A stretch of DNA of 64,000 nt from Octopus vulgaris (Eukaryota): positions 62,434,001-62,498,000 of the forward strand of contig OX597824.1 of NCBI GenBank assembly GCA_951406725.2, in the 5' to 3' direction. Shown piece after piece: positions 1 through 13,497 of this stretch (position 1 is its first letter; each line of letters begins with the position of its first letter). The position numbers and the translations under genes were made by a program. The notes under the pieces are model-generated. The model did not search any database. It was not told the origin of the DNA and was given only the letters and a program-made list of their open reading frames with translations.

Positions 1-569
1 ATGGATAGACGATGTAAAAAATAATTGATAAGGTACTTAGTTTCCAGAGGTTTGAAAGGTATCAGAATACCAATATAGGAATACAAGCATATCAGTACAC
101 GTAATTTTATAGTCTAAAATATTTACTTTAAATGTTTGTATACATAAAGATTTCTATAGGTGTATTTCTGTGTAACTATTTATTTATACATACATATATA
201 CAAGCATACATACATATATATGTGTGTATGTACGCGTGTTTGTGCGTGGGTATGTGTGGTTTATGTATGTGCGGTATAAATCTACGTATATATATATATA
301 TATATATATATGCATTTACACATATATCTCAATAAAACGTGTGCCATCACTCAACGCAAGCAGAGAACGATATTGAGAAAATAACAGTACTAAAGAGTAG
401 GATTTATTTGCTAAAGTAAATTGGCAGTCTTGGTGAGGAAGATGTTCCTCCTTTTTTTTATATCCCCAGGGCAACATATTTTCGAGCTGGCTACCGATGC
501 AAACTGCATCTTTAGACCTCGAACAAGGTAGCTAATGTCCCCCCCTCAGATTTAAACGGTACCTGTGTA

Positions 570-1026
570 CCATGGTTTCTGGGTTAATTCCCTTGGTCGG
601 CATAGGACGACGGCTGGCACGAGATGGCAGCACTAGGTCTTGTTCATATATATACTTTTATAGTGACACACAGACACTTGTCTTGTAAAGAAGAAAGCAG
701 GTAGTCTTAAATCTCTGTGCTAGAAGTAAGTAGTAACAGTACTACAGAGTAACATCTATTTGCTAGCGTAAATTGCAGTCCTGGTTAGGACGATGTTACT
801 ACCATTTTTAGTCTCATGTCACTTTACACTGGCAAATAGATTTTACACTGTAGTACTGTTACTTCTTGCTTCTTGCTCAAAAATTTAAAACTAAATGGTT
901 TTCTCTTTACGAGACCAGGAAATGTGTGTCACTTTGAAAGTATATTCTTTGAACAAGGCCTAGTGCTTCCATCTTGCGCCAACGGTCATCCTATGTCGAC
1001 CAAGGGAAATAACCCAGAAACCGTGG
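570..1026. mobile_element. Fold-back palindrome / MITE-like element (~460 bp)
   Basis: 570-646 matches the reverse complement of 950-1026 at 67/77 positions. Pairing continues inward (647-775 vs ~820-949) around a ~45-bp centre. 382-460 is a diverged direct copy of 734-810. Confidence 0.75.
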
Positions 1027-4000
1027 GTGATACAGATAATTTGACATTATTTTTTTAATTCTGCATGCAAAAACGTATGAGATACAGGTGTTATTTTTCC
1101 TTCGGACAAATTCTTTGTTGGCCACTGTTATTCTTATCGTAATTTACAAATCCAAGTATGAAAACGTTACTCAACTTTGGAGTTTTGGAGACAGACGCCC
1201 CTTCACACACACATACACACATCACTTCATAAATGAATATATAAACTTATATATATGAATACATACATCCACATGCACTTATACATTAATGATGTACACA
1301 AATGCATGACAGGTATACATAATACTGAAATATGCATAAAGTAAACACATGCAGACAAATATATCAATATAACAAATTAAAAGAAAATAATAGAACCATA
1401 CAATCAATGAGTAGACAAAAGAAACAGTAAGATAATACATGTTGATTTTATTAGGTATTTCTGTTTATTTAGAAACATACAGTGAACAGGTCAGATGCTA
1501 AACTGTAAACTTCACAGAGTACAACCTTAAAGTTGATACGGCTCCGCTAAACGCGGAAAATTTCTGTGTCAGTATTGGCTAAAAATATACAGCTTTTTCA
1601 AGTTTTAAAACTCTGTGACTTTTTTCTCCATTTTGTTCTCCACAACATCATACTTTCAAAATAACGAGACTGGAAGACTACATTATTATAGCCGATTTTC
1701 AAATTTTTCTGTCTTTTAAAATATGCATATTTTGCGAATGAAAGAAATACTAGATCCTTTAAAGCTAACCGTGTTCCTCTATCGCTAAATATATATATAT
1801 ATATATATATTTATATGAGTAACAAAGATGAACAGGCATCAGCTCATTAAAGCCGTTTCAAGCGATCCCTTTAATTGATTAATTGAGACATTATACCATT
1901 GCAAAGAAACCACTTCCGTCAGATGACTGCATAGACTTCAAACACAAATGAAAAACAAACTGCTTTAACATATTTGTATCAGCGACGGAGCTCAAATACT
2001 TACGTTAATTCTGATGAATTTGTACAGAATGAGTTTAGAAAAATAGACTATGTAGTCTCGAATCTACTAGAATTTAGATGTTAGTGGAGGTTTTAGTGGG
2101 AGTAGCTACCTACACTTCGAAGACAATAAGGGGAATGTAGTCTTCAAACATCCAAAATTAAATTTTTTTAGAGTAGTAGCTGTTTTCTAGGCATAGGTGA
2201 TAAATTAATATCACGACAACCTACTAGACTATCTACGTACTGGAATCATACAACCGGCTTTGTCTACACCAAAGAGTAAGCCTTGGGGTGGTAAAAGAAA
2301 GGGTAATGCGTGATAGAAGGGGGATGATAATTTAAAGAAAGAAGGATAAGAAGAGCTATTAATACTTATTATGATTGTCATTTGAAAGTGAATGTAATAT
2401 AAAAAACTAAATGAATATGTATTAGAAATTAGGGGTAGAAGAAACGTACAGACAAGAAAGGAAGGAGCACATAGGAACTTAACATATTTATAGTGTAAAA
2501 GCAAGATATAATGCTAGAATTTACAATTAGAATGTTTAATAAGGAAATACATTAAGATATAAGATAAATATTAAGACTTTTCATAAATGAAATATATAGA
2601 ATATCCTGATAAAATATTATATGATGAATGTATAACGGAAATATGTATAATAGCAATAGATACCTACAGTATGCAATTAAACTGATATTAAAACCATTCG
2701 CGTTAAATTAGGATGGGTAAAGACAGGAAACAGCAAGAAATGAGATCTAACGTAAAGAGGAAATAAATTAGAGATACTGAATATATAAAGGAATGCGTTC
2801 AAATACAAGATTTAAACAAATGCAGTCCTATAATCACATAATGAATATCATGTATGATTGATAAAATATAATAAAATAAGATTACGATGTGCAGCAAATT
2901 TTACGAAAAAAGTATAAATTATCACAAATTTATGTGGTATAAAACTATAAACATATATGATAGATATATAAAGGCATAAAAACAAAATATAAGAATTTGT
3001 AAGATACAATGTGTAATTAAAAATATATATTGATAGAAATCCATGAAAATATTAAAAAGGGTATTAAAGGTTTAAAATATAAAAATATAAATATAAAAAA
3101 AATTATAAAATATAAGAAAAATTTTTTAACATATCTTTTTATACGAACATATAAAAATATAATATAAAAGGGTATAAAAAGATATAAGGAAGGATATAAG
3201 ACGAAATAAAATAAAATTAAAAACGTTTATTTCTAATGATATTGGTATATAGTAAAATTTATATCCGGAAAATTGTTATTAATACAAAATAAAATTAACA
3301 TATAAATATACCAAGTTTTAATAGAGAAAAAATTATATTTGCAAATGGATTTATAAGATATATCTAAAGTACATGAAAGAAAATGATCGAAGTAGAATAG
3401 TAATAGATCTTGGAGGGTATATTTTATATTTAGGTGAGTTGCGGATTTTAAGAATCTGTTAAAAAAACATAAATATATTATATAAACCATAACAGAAGTT
3501 ATTCACCCCTAGAAAGAGGCAAATACATATTGTAATTATTAAAAGACTATAGATCGAAGTGTCACTAGAATGCTTTATTGAATATATTTCGACATCACAG
3601 AGAGGATGCTATGGATGATGGGGCATACCGAATAAGTTATGTCACAAAAATACAGTAAGATATAATTATTAATTAGTTTGCGTTTATCTTTATATTTGAA
3701 TATTTCATATATCTTCATACAACATAGTTCACACCCATACCGGATCTTTGCGCAAGGTTGAGGTCTACGCTCTATATCCCACTTTAGTTATTCAAGCGTT
3801 TCCTCGTATTTATTGATCATCCGATATAAATAAAGTTATTAGTTTCTCTTAGTACTGTATAGAAACTAATAGTACGGAATTTTTTCAACTATTTCTGACA
3901 CATGCGACCTGTTTAACAATCAACACCATAAACTTCACATACCTGTTTTTGAACTCCAGTAGCTTTCTTTCCTTTACGGAAATAAAAAAAAGCAAAATGT

Positions 4001-4465
4001 GGTGAAAACTTTTGTTTGTGCATTCTATGTTAAAATTGACACTGAACTAACAGCTTCAAACAAAATTACGCGCAATTTGCTTCTAAAGTAAGCTAAATGT
4101 TACGGATATCAAAAGTCAAAAGGAAAAAATCATATTGACAAAAATTATTGAAATATATTTAACGAAAAACTAAATTACTTGTTTGCTAATCTAATACAAA
4201 TAACATTTCCTGCTAAGTACTAACCTAATAGCGGACAGTGGAATATTCCTCTACAATTGCAACTGCAATTATTATTATTAGTAATTTTCTCATCCTTTTA
4301 TTTATGATTATATTGTCATTATTTCCGGGTACTGTTCAAATTCATAGAAGTATTATCAAGGGCTATGTCGCTATTACTCGAGTTATTATAACAGGTATTA
4401 TTACTTATATTTATGTTAACCCTACTATCCTGTATTGTATCATTAGATGCTATGCAACCAACTTA

Positions 4466-4561
4466 TAAGGCTATAGTAGCAAACACTTACCCAAGGTGCT
4501 ACGCAGTGTAACTGAGCCCGGAACCATGTTGTTGGGAAGCAAGGTTTTTACAGCCAAGCCT
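4466..4561 (-). mobile_element. tRNA-derived CORE-like SINE, 5' fragment
   Basis: Matches 62003-62106 of the full copy (B-box-like GGCTCAGTTAC, then gcaccttgggtaagtg). Confidence 0.8.
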
Positions 4562-4656
4562 CGTCTGCACCTACAGAGCCACACTGTGTCTGATAAATAT
4601 CTCGAAATAAACGATAACTCATTGCCCATTGAAACGAAGTTAATACACATTGTAAA

Positions 4657-5089
4657 TTCGCCCGGCTTGGTAACGATACTTATTTCTTTATTGCCCACAA
4701 GGGGCTAAACATAGAGGGGACAAACAAGGACAGACAAAGATATTAAGTCCATTACATCGACCCCAGTGCGTAACCGTCTTAATTTATCGAACTCGAAATG
4801 ATGAAAGGCGACCTCGACGGAATTTGAACGAAGAACGTAACGGTAGACAAAGTATCTATTTCTTTCCTACCCACAAGGGGCTAAACACACAGAAGACAAA
4901 CAAGGACCGACAAACGGATTAAGTCGATTATATCGACCCCAGTGCGCAACTGGTACTTAATTTATTGACCCCGAAAGGATAAATGGTAAAGTCGATCTCG
5001 GCGGAATTTGAACTCAGAAGGTAACGGTAGACGAAATAGCGCTAAGCATTTCGCCCGGCTTGGTAACGATTCTGCCAATTGGTCGCCTT
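4657..5089 (-). mobile_element. tRNA-derived Meta-domain SINE with tandemly repeated body
   Basis: Reverse complement matches 30653-31049 and has the Meta-like core catcctttcggggtcaataaattaagtaccag. Body unit repeated (~4680-4850, ~4855-5035). Confidence 0.85.
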
Positions 5090-5400
5090 CTCACTAGCAG
5101 CAATAGTAATTCAAATAAAGTTATTTGAGTGTATTTATGTTATTTCTCATTTTTCTCATGTCACCTCTTTGAATGTAGAACGGGTTTGAAAGATGAAAAT
5201 GCTAACATGATATCTAAGACACAACATTTATTTTGCTATTTGCATATATATCTAATTCCAGTTACATTAACATTTTGCCTTCTTCTATCTCCTCTCACTC
5301 TTATCTAACCCCCATAGATATTTTACGTTTTAAAGATTTCCTTTTCATTCATTTTCATCAGCAATTTACATCATGAGAGGAGCAGAAAAAACATTTGACA

Positions 5401-5596
5401 TCATATTTCTGCCTTGAAATGTATGCGTCAGATGTCAAACTTTCAATCGACATTGTTTCACTGTTGAGCACAGAATCCTTACATTGGCAGCATTAATAAT
5501 GAAATGTGTAATTTCACAAAGGTTTGATTAATTTATTACGCTTCATTACAAAATCCGAAGACGCAGTTTTTAGATTCAAAATAGATAATACATGAG
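5401..5596. repeat. Left arm of ~195-bp inverted repeat (partner 7540-7735)
   Basis: tcatatttctgccttgaaatgtatgcgtca...gaagacgcagtttttagattcaa is the reverse complement of 7540-7735 with scattered substitutions. Confidence 0.9.
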
Positions 5597-5689
5597 GGCT
5601 ATAGATTGACCCCATTTCTTTCTGTACAAATTATTATTATCATCTAACTTCTTGCCTAGAAATTGTTGGCCTTGAGCCTAAATTTGAGA

Positions 5690-5742
<53 letters not shown>

Positions 5743-6245
5743 GAGTGAGACAGCAGTGCATGCCATCAAATTGACAATGGGGTAAAATATGCGAAACCCA
5801 GTATCCCATCATGACTACCCATCTGATAAGGATACACCAGGCACATGCATCCAACCATATGTGCGTGGCATGGTGATCTCATATCAAGATAAACAGCACG
5901 TGATCTTGCAGGTGGGATCAGTTAGAATTTTCTTCTGGTCGAGTAACCCATCCCGCTCAAAAGGACCCTGAGTAAGAGTTGTTTAAGGATGTTGAACGAA
6001 ACACCCATGTTTCCAAAGGTGAATTATTCAAACCCCAAAGAACTCCTCTCAACACATGACTATGATGCTCTCCTACTACTTCTGCTCGTGATCAGAGAAG
6101 CACATATCGTCAGTCACTAAGCGACATGCTCAACTGTTTAAGGTCAAATAATGAACAAGCAAATCTGTGGTATTGAGCAGAATATTTGCTGTAGCCCATC
6201 TTTTATACCAAGACAAAACAATGTACATGATAACACTTCCAATCA

Positions 6246-6247
<2 letters not shown>
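5743..6247 (-). mobile_element. 'Element A': non-coding (TAA)n-associated retroposon, 5'-truncated
   Basis: Homologous to 23227-23782 and 7737-8305. Flanked by (TTA)n on both sides. Confidence 0.8.
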
Positions 6248-6280
<33 letters not shown>

Positions 6281-6619
6281 CATTATTATTATTATTATTA
6301 TTATTATGGCTCCACATGTGGCGGCCACGCTCGAATCATCGCTGGTGAGTTTTCTCAATTTTTACTTGTTTCTTTGCCGTTTTCTATCGCTGAAACTGTA
6401 ATTATTGTTTCCAAGTATCTTCTGAAAGAGTTTCATTTCAATCACAGAACGGGCGGAAAGCCCTTTCCGAAAACTTTCTCGGATATATTTTTTAATCTAT
6501 CACTTTAGTGGTAGGAGGAAATGTATCTGTTTCCTCGTGTTCAATCGACATCCGGCATAGTGGTCAACGAAGCATATCGATTGCCACCCCCTTTGACTTT
6601 TGCAAAGAACCTATTGATA

Positions 6620-6880
6620 AGAACACCACTAACACCAACACCAACACCATCACTACCATCACCACCAACATCAACAACAATGCCAACAGCCAAAACAAGA
6701 CCACAAACACCAGCATGACTCGTGACAACACCAACAACAGCAATAATGACATTAGCAAGAACAACACCAACAGCAATAATGGTAGTAACAGCAACGACAA
6801 CGACAGTATTATAGCTATTAGCAGCAGTATCGGCATCAATAACAGCGCTGACATCTACGGCATTATCAATAGTAATACTA
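6620..6880 (+). repeat. Degenerate (ACC/AAC/AGC)n low-complexity tract
   Basis: Visible triplet periodicity; explains the Thr/Asn-rich ORF 6508-7083 and its antisense ORFs. Confidence 0.8.
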
Positions 6881-7539
6881 TGTACGAAGACAGTAACGAG
6901 AATACACATCTGAAAGAAAAAATTTCCGTCGCAAATATGATAAATACATGGACCACTAATTCCTTGCAAGGGAAAGCAGAGACATTTAAAAAAAAAAAGA
7001 AAAATATAATTGGACCTTGTGTCATGACGCTTCCGGTTGAGGAAAGGATTACCACCAAAAAGAGAATGATGATTTATAAGTAGAGAGAGAAGCCGCTATA
7101 CGCTTCCCCAGCTGAAACAGAAAATTATCTGGAGGAGGTGTAGTCTTCCGTAGTTTATGTCTGTCGAATAAAACAAAAGAGGAAATATGTAGGATGGCTA
7201 CAAAGATGTGCTCCTCTGACCATTATGTGATGGTCCCTTTATACATGTGACGTTGTGTAGCCAAGCTCAGGGTCCTAGACATACTTCCTCATAGAGAGCA
7301 GGCCAGAGTAATGGCCATGCTAGAGAAGCACGGGGGGTGTTAAGCTTACGATGAAGCCCTCAACATAACAGAACAGGAGTGTCCATGGAGTTCCAGGTTG
7401 TGTTTGCTCCGAAAGAAGCTCATGCTATCCCGAATTTTTTTCTTGTTTTGGAGAGTGCGAGCAGATAGGGGTGGTCGTTGATGTTGGGAAACACAGTTTT
7501 ACGTCTGTGGCAAAACTGTTCACTTAAAAGCTTTCTGCA

Positions 7540-7735
7540 CTCATGTATCTAGATTGAATCTAAAAACTGCGTCTTCAGATTTTGTAATGAACCATAATTA
7601 ATTAATCAAACCTTTGTCCAATTACACATTTCGTTGTTAATGCTTCCAATATAAGGATTCTCTGCTCAATAGTGAAACATAAATGTAGATTGAAAGTTTG
7701 ACATTTGACGCATACATTTCAAGGCAGAAATATGA
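7540..7735. repeat. Right arm of ~195-bp inverted repeat (partner 5401-5596)
   Basis: Reverse-complement match to 5401-5596. Confidence 0.9.
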
Positions 7736-7736
7736 A

Positions 7737-8305
7737 GTGTGAGAGCAATACATTCCACCATAGCGACGGGGGAGGGGCGATTATACGAGCCCAATATACC
7801 CATTATAACTACCTGTGTGATAAGGATGCACCAGGCACATGCATCATCATATGTGCGCGATACGGTTATATTATATCAAGATAGATAGCGCATGATGTTG
7901 CTGGTGGGACTCAGTAAGATTTTTTTTCGGGTTGAGTAGCACATCGTGCTCAAAAGGTCTCTGAATACGGTTTATTTAAGAATGATGAACTAAACACCCA
8001 TGTTTCCAGAGGTGACTTATTCAAACCCTAGAGAACTCAACACATGGCTATGACGTCTCCTATTACACATATCTATGACATCTCCTATTACTGCTGATCG
8101 AGATCAGAGATGCACATATCGTCAGCCACCAAGGGACATGGTCAACTGTTTACGGTCAAACAACTGACAAGCAAATCTGTGGTATTGAGCACAACATTTG
8201 CTCCAATATTTTATACCCAGACGAAACGATGTACATGATAACATTTCCAATCAGTTAAGATCAGAAGCCATGAGAGCCACAGTCTGGTACTGCATCAGGG
8301 CATTT
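7737..8305 (-). mobile_element. 'Element A', more diverged full-length copy
   Basis: Homologous to 23227-23782 through the terminal catcagggcattt. Confidence 0.8.
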
Positions 8306-8335
8306 ATTGTTATTATTATTATTATTATTATTATT

Positions 8336-8466
8336 CAGTAGTTTTATTTTTATTTTTATAGCGTGCTTTCACTTCACTACCGAGCGCAGCTCTGTGTGCC
8401 TTGGGTATGTGCTGTGATTTGTTGTGATGCTCTGATGGTTATTGTATGGAAAGTGTTCTGCGTAGG
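8336..8466 (-). mobile_element. Dong/R4 LINE family B, 131-bp 3' stub
   Basis: Near-identical to 23933-24058 (ORF end LRRTLSIQ* plus 3'UTR). Bounded by (TTA)n. Confidence 0.9.
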
Positions 8467-8475
8467 TTATTATTA

Positions 8476-8545
<70 letters not shown>

Positions 8546-8564
8546 TATTATTATTATCATTATC

Positions 8565-11099
8565 ATGTACACTCAAGAAATTAGACTGTTGGAAAAAGAA
8601 AAATCCTAATTTGGAGCTTAGATGTCAAGTACCCTCCAATCGGACTACAACAAGTAGTCTTAGATTCCAAGAACCTTTATAAGTATCATAGTTATCCCTC
8701 ATAACACTGTTTTCTGGATCTGTACAAAACTGGGTTTTACGCCTATTTTTTCTTTCTATATGTCCAGTCTTTAGGGACAGTTTCTAATTCCTATGTCAAT
8801 TACTGTCCAAAGTCAGTGTGGTTCTCCATGATCTCGTACTTACAGACAAAATGTTTCGCAGAGTAGGTGCTACTTTATACATTTCCGGGCATTTCTTAAT
8901 CCAGCTATGTGGTAGACTATCAAAAGCATTTTTATAGCCTATCTAGACAAGTTTTTGTGTCGTTTGTGACAATCTTCCAAGATCATCATATTGATAAGTA
9001 GCTTATCTTTACAAACCATAGGATCCACGTTTACATCATTTTTGCTCATTAGGGAATATCCCACATTCTATTAAAAAACAACTGTAGGTATATTTAACCA
9101 AGACAGATGTTAGCATTTTATACGTTGTTGTTAAGCAGGTAATGGGTCGATTAATGTCTGGTTCATTTGCTTCTTAATTTTTTGGAAGTAGGAATATTAC
9201 ACCATTAACTAGCCAAAATGGAATCATACTAGGTTGTTGCAAAACATTATTGTAAAGTTTTGTTATCAGTCCATGGCTTTCTGGGAAGGCATTCAACCAG
9301 AAGATGAGAATTTTATCCTCTCCTTGAGACTTCCATTTACTTGGCTTCCTTACATCTTACATCCTCTCGCTTGCTACCCTCCCACTTTTGCTCTTCTAAG
9401 AAGTCTAAGTCAGTAGATATTCTATCATTTCAATGGGCCTTTTCATTGTGTGTTTTTTCTTCTGCCCAAATATTATTCCAAAACTCTTGCACTTCTTTTG
9501 ATGACACAGACTCTACAATAGCTGGAATTTTCCTTGTCTTCCTGTAAACATTTTTGGGGTTATTTTTAAACATGCTGTTGTCCTGGAACAATATAACGCG
9601 CTGTTCATAGCTTGCTATGCGGCCAGCTTTAGTACATACCTTTTGCTTGATCGTTTTTATTGTGGTATCGATGTCAAACATAGTTTTCCTTTAATATTTT
9701 TTTCTTTAATTTTCCAATTTTTGTTACATTGATAGTCTTGTCAAACTTAAGGTTTTTTTAACATTCTTTTCAGGCATAACTTGGTGTTTAATACGCTCTT
9801 TCCAAGTAGACTTTTTGTGGGAATGATGTCGTTTTCTAATCTTTTCACCACATAGAATCGTTGAGATGTTTCGCAGATGCATAGTACATGTGGTTGAGAT
9901 CTGTAATATAAACATCAGTAGCTGAAATGGTATCCTTAAGTGCAAGGCGGATTTTATCACTTAGTGCCGGGTTCATCCATACTGGTTTCTTTACTTTTCA
10001 GCCATTCAATCATGATTTGATGTTTTAGATCATGTAGTTCTGTTGGGTCAATTTCTCTGTGAGTTTCTACATCTATTTGATTTTCATCTACCTTAGTGTT
10101 TATAGTTGGTTCAAAGAGTATTTCACTTTGCTTACCAGGTATATTAACTCTTTCAATCATTATTGCCTATTTTCAGACCTGGGTTGGTCTATAATTATTT
10201 CCTCATTAGTATCTTCTTTTGCTGCAACTTCCTTCCTTTTATACCTTAATCATTGTTTAATTTGATCAGTCTCTAATTCAATAAGTAATTTCTTTTTCAT
10301 AATGTTTCTTTTGATGTTGGCAAGTTTGTTACTGTTTATGTATGGTTTTACTTCAAGATGTTTTTGTTTACAGTTTAAGTAGGTTTGTAGTCTTATATTT
10401 ATTTGTGGGGAAATATATGGCATGATAGAAGGCCTTGAGAACATCTTTATTATCTTCCGCAGATCATTTTTCATTCTTGTTCGTTTAGTTATTTGATGAT
10501 GAGCATGATCGGCAATCTGTTGGAATATTCCGGTTGTGGGGTACTTCCAGCTCCTGTGTTTCGGGAAGATTTGAACCAGTAGCTGATTTTTCCAGTCGAA
10601 TCTGGTTTGTCATTCGAGTACTCGATCCTTGGTTTCCCGGCTGACGCCCGTAGCTTCTTCTGTCTAACTGATCTGTATTCGTCTGCACTTTTTTTCTTAA
10701 TAGATTTATCTCTGGACATAGTATTTTGTAGTATCTTTTTCCTTTGTTTTTTATTTTGCTGTTTTCCCACTTATGTATTATTCACTCAGTGTTAGTTCGA
10801 AAAATATTAAAAACAACTTTGTTTTTTTTAGCTTCGTTTGTGAAACGTGTTTTCATATGCGTGTACGTGTGTCCTGTAAATTTCACGTAGTTGTGTAAAC
10901 TGTGTGGGGTGTAATCCTATGGGTATTAAAATGTATATATACTTGTGTAGACATTCGAGTATGTACGTAATTACTCCATTTTTATACTTACTGTTTGTTC
11001 AATTTTATTTTTAATTTGTAAACTTTCCGGTGTAGATTTCGCGTGTGTATTTCGCATATGTTTATGGTTGGTTCAGCGAGTATTTTACTTTGCTTATCA

Positions 11100-11100
<1 letters not shown>
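8565..11100 (-). mobile_element. Dong/R4-clade LINE, decayed, with large internal deletion
   Basis: Minus-strand RT motif YKNAFDSLPHSWI (~8900-8945). ORF 9430-9681 (QDNSMFKNNPKNVY..EVQEFWNNIW). C-terminus IQKTVL..KVLGI* (~8660-8720). Between (TTA)n tracts 8467-8563 and 11101-11258. Confidence 0.8.
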
Positions 11101-11180
<80 letters not shown>

Positions 11181-11182
11181 GT

Positions 11183-11259
<77 letters not shown>

Positions 11260-13497
11260 TTCAATGTCACCATTGAAAAAAGTATTATTTATTGATAAAT
11301 CTAAGTGTCATATATATTTACGATGCTAACGTATAAGCTGTTGTACCAGAGATAATTTCGATCATATGTTTGAGGTTATTTACTTAATTACAAGTGCAAA
11401 GTGAATGCAAACCCTGCGTATATAATTCATTGATGGACTTTTCAAAACTCTCTTAATGGACATGCAGTTCTCATTAACTTGCACTTTGATGCAGTATAAT
11501 CTCAATGACATTTCCTGTCAAATTCTTACACTGTTTATTGGAATCGGTCTAAAATCTCTTACTAATCTCCCTTCATAGATTAATTACGGTACATTTGCTC
11601 CTCTTCGGACTCAGCCCAATAAAGTAACTTTAATGGAACATGTGTTAGCATGGTCGGTGGGTAATAGTTTTGATGTAATTAATTTTGGAATTTCTTGAAC
11701 TGAATACTAAATGGATTGATGCAGTTGTGACAGTAATCAGCGATCATTTTGTCGCTCGTCGCATTTGATTTTACCATTACCTTGATATTATTATAGGATA
11801 ATATTTAATATTATTAAGGAAATGGTGGAAGGTCAGACGAAACCATACCTCAATTAATTTATAGTCAAGCCTTTACCTTTGACTCAAATACAAGTCGGTT
11901 GAACATATTCTGCAGAAACATTCCCTATAGTTCTCTACCGAAGATTTCTTTCGAAATTGGAGCATTGAGGTGGTGAAAAACAGAATAAGAACTAGAGTTA
12001 CAGATTTATCGATTCCATTACTTGTAGGAGATAAAACAAAATCGATATCAAAGGGAGTTGAACTTAATATCGTAAAATACCGAAATTAAGTATCGCGAAG
12101 CCTTTTCTTTATGCTTTATCACCTCTACTAATAACACTGATTTTGATTGATTTTAATTAATCAGAGGTTAATAAATATTAACAAAGTAACTTTTCTTAGT
12201 ATTCCGACAATTTAAAAGTAAGACATTAGATACTCGAAATATACAATAGCTAATGTAGATAATACATAGAGAAAGATTGTGAGATATAAAATTTGCAACT
12301 GTTATTATTTTAAACGTAGAAAATATTTAAAGACTAGTAGACTAGGGTATGATCAAAGGTGAAGGGAAACGAAGAATAGGTGCGCACTACGAAATTATTG
12401 CAAATAACAAACAAGAGAATATAAAAGCAAATGTAATCGGCCCTTGACACCACGTTACCAGATGTATTTCACAGAAAATTCCCTCCCGGCCTTAGACTGT
12501 AATGCTTGTTCTTGTAATGTTAATTTTTTATCACTATTTGGAGAAAGTATAATAAAAGTGTCAGTTTAGCATTATTACTAAACGTATTAAATAATTAATC
12601 AGGTACGGTGTAAATATCTATTGAAGTTTAGTAAATTCTTATCGTTACCCGGTACATCTCAGTTTGACGAAGAAACTATGTTCCTTTCACTAATGGAAAC
12701 ATTGCGAGTTGTAGGATAATAGCTCTGCTATCTTATTAAAATGATTCAGGTATGATCGAGGTTGTCGTGCTGACACGATTCAAACAGGAAATATGTTAGA
12801 GAAGTTTAAAGAAAATAATTTTCTCAGAAACTTAACTAACGTTTTCAAAAATAATGATTGTATTTAGAGTTCAATTCAAGTCACCTCTCTTTGATATGAA
12901 ATTTTACCTTCAAGATAATATTTTTCAGTAAGAGTATATTGCAAACTATCTATAACATTTCGTATTTTCTATAATAACCTATAATCCAATTATCGCTCCC
13001 AAAGAAAGACAACAATGCATAGGATACAGACTTATCAGAGATTACTAAAGGTAGGTTAAACATGAATTGTTAAATACCACTCCTTACTAAACGATCTGAA
13101 AGTTATTTATGGTATTCAGGGAAAAGATACGTATATTTTAATAATTGGATGAATTAGTTTCGAAGAGTTTCATGATTAACGGAATAGTTCGGAAATTTCA
13201 GATGAAAAGTACGTTAATTTTATATCTGAGCACAGTTTAGGGATGTACCAAAGGGATACTTCCTCGTTGGTCTCAGTAAATTATGGGAAACGTAGAAAAT
13301 TTTAACGAGAGCATGACTAGGATGTTAAGAAACACATATATTATAGGAAATGAGCTAAACGGCTCTAATTGCTATGAATGAAAACTACAGTAGTAGAGCG
13401 ATTTAGCTCTTATTTCTTGCAATGTAGGTCTTTCCTAGCACCCTAGTCACACTTAGTGACAATTATAATACTGTATTATATTACACACACACATATA

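Noticed and set aside
6508-7083. 191-aa Thr/Asn-rich ORF
   Set aside because: Non-ATG start, triplet low complexity, open on both strands, no recognisable domain.
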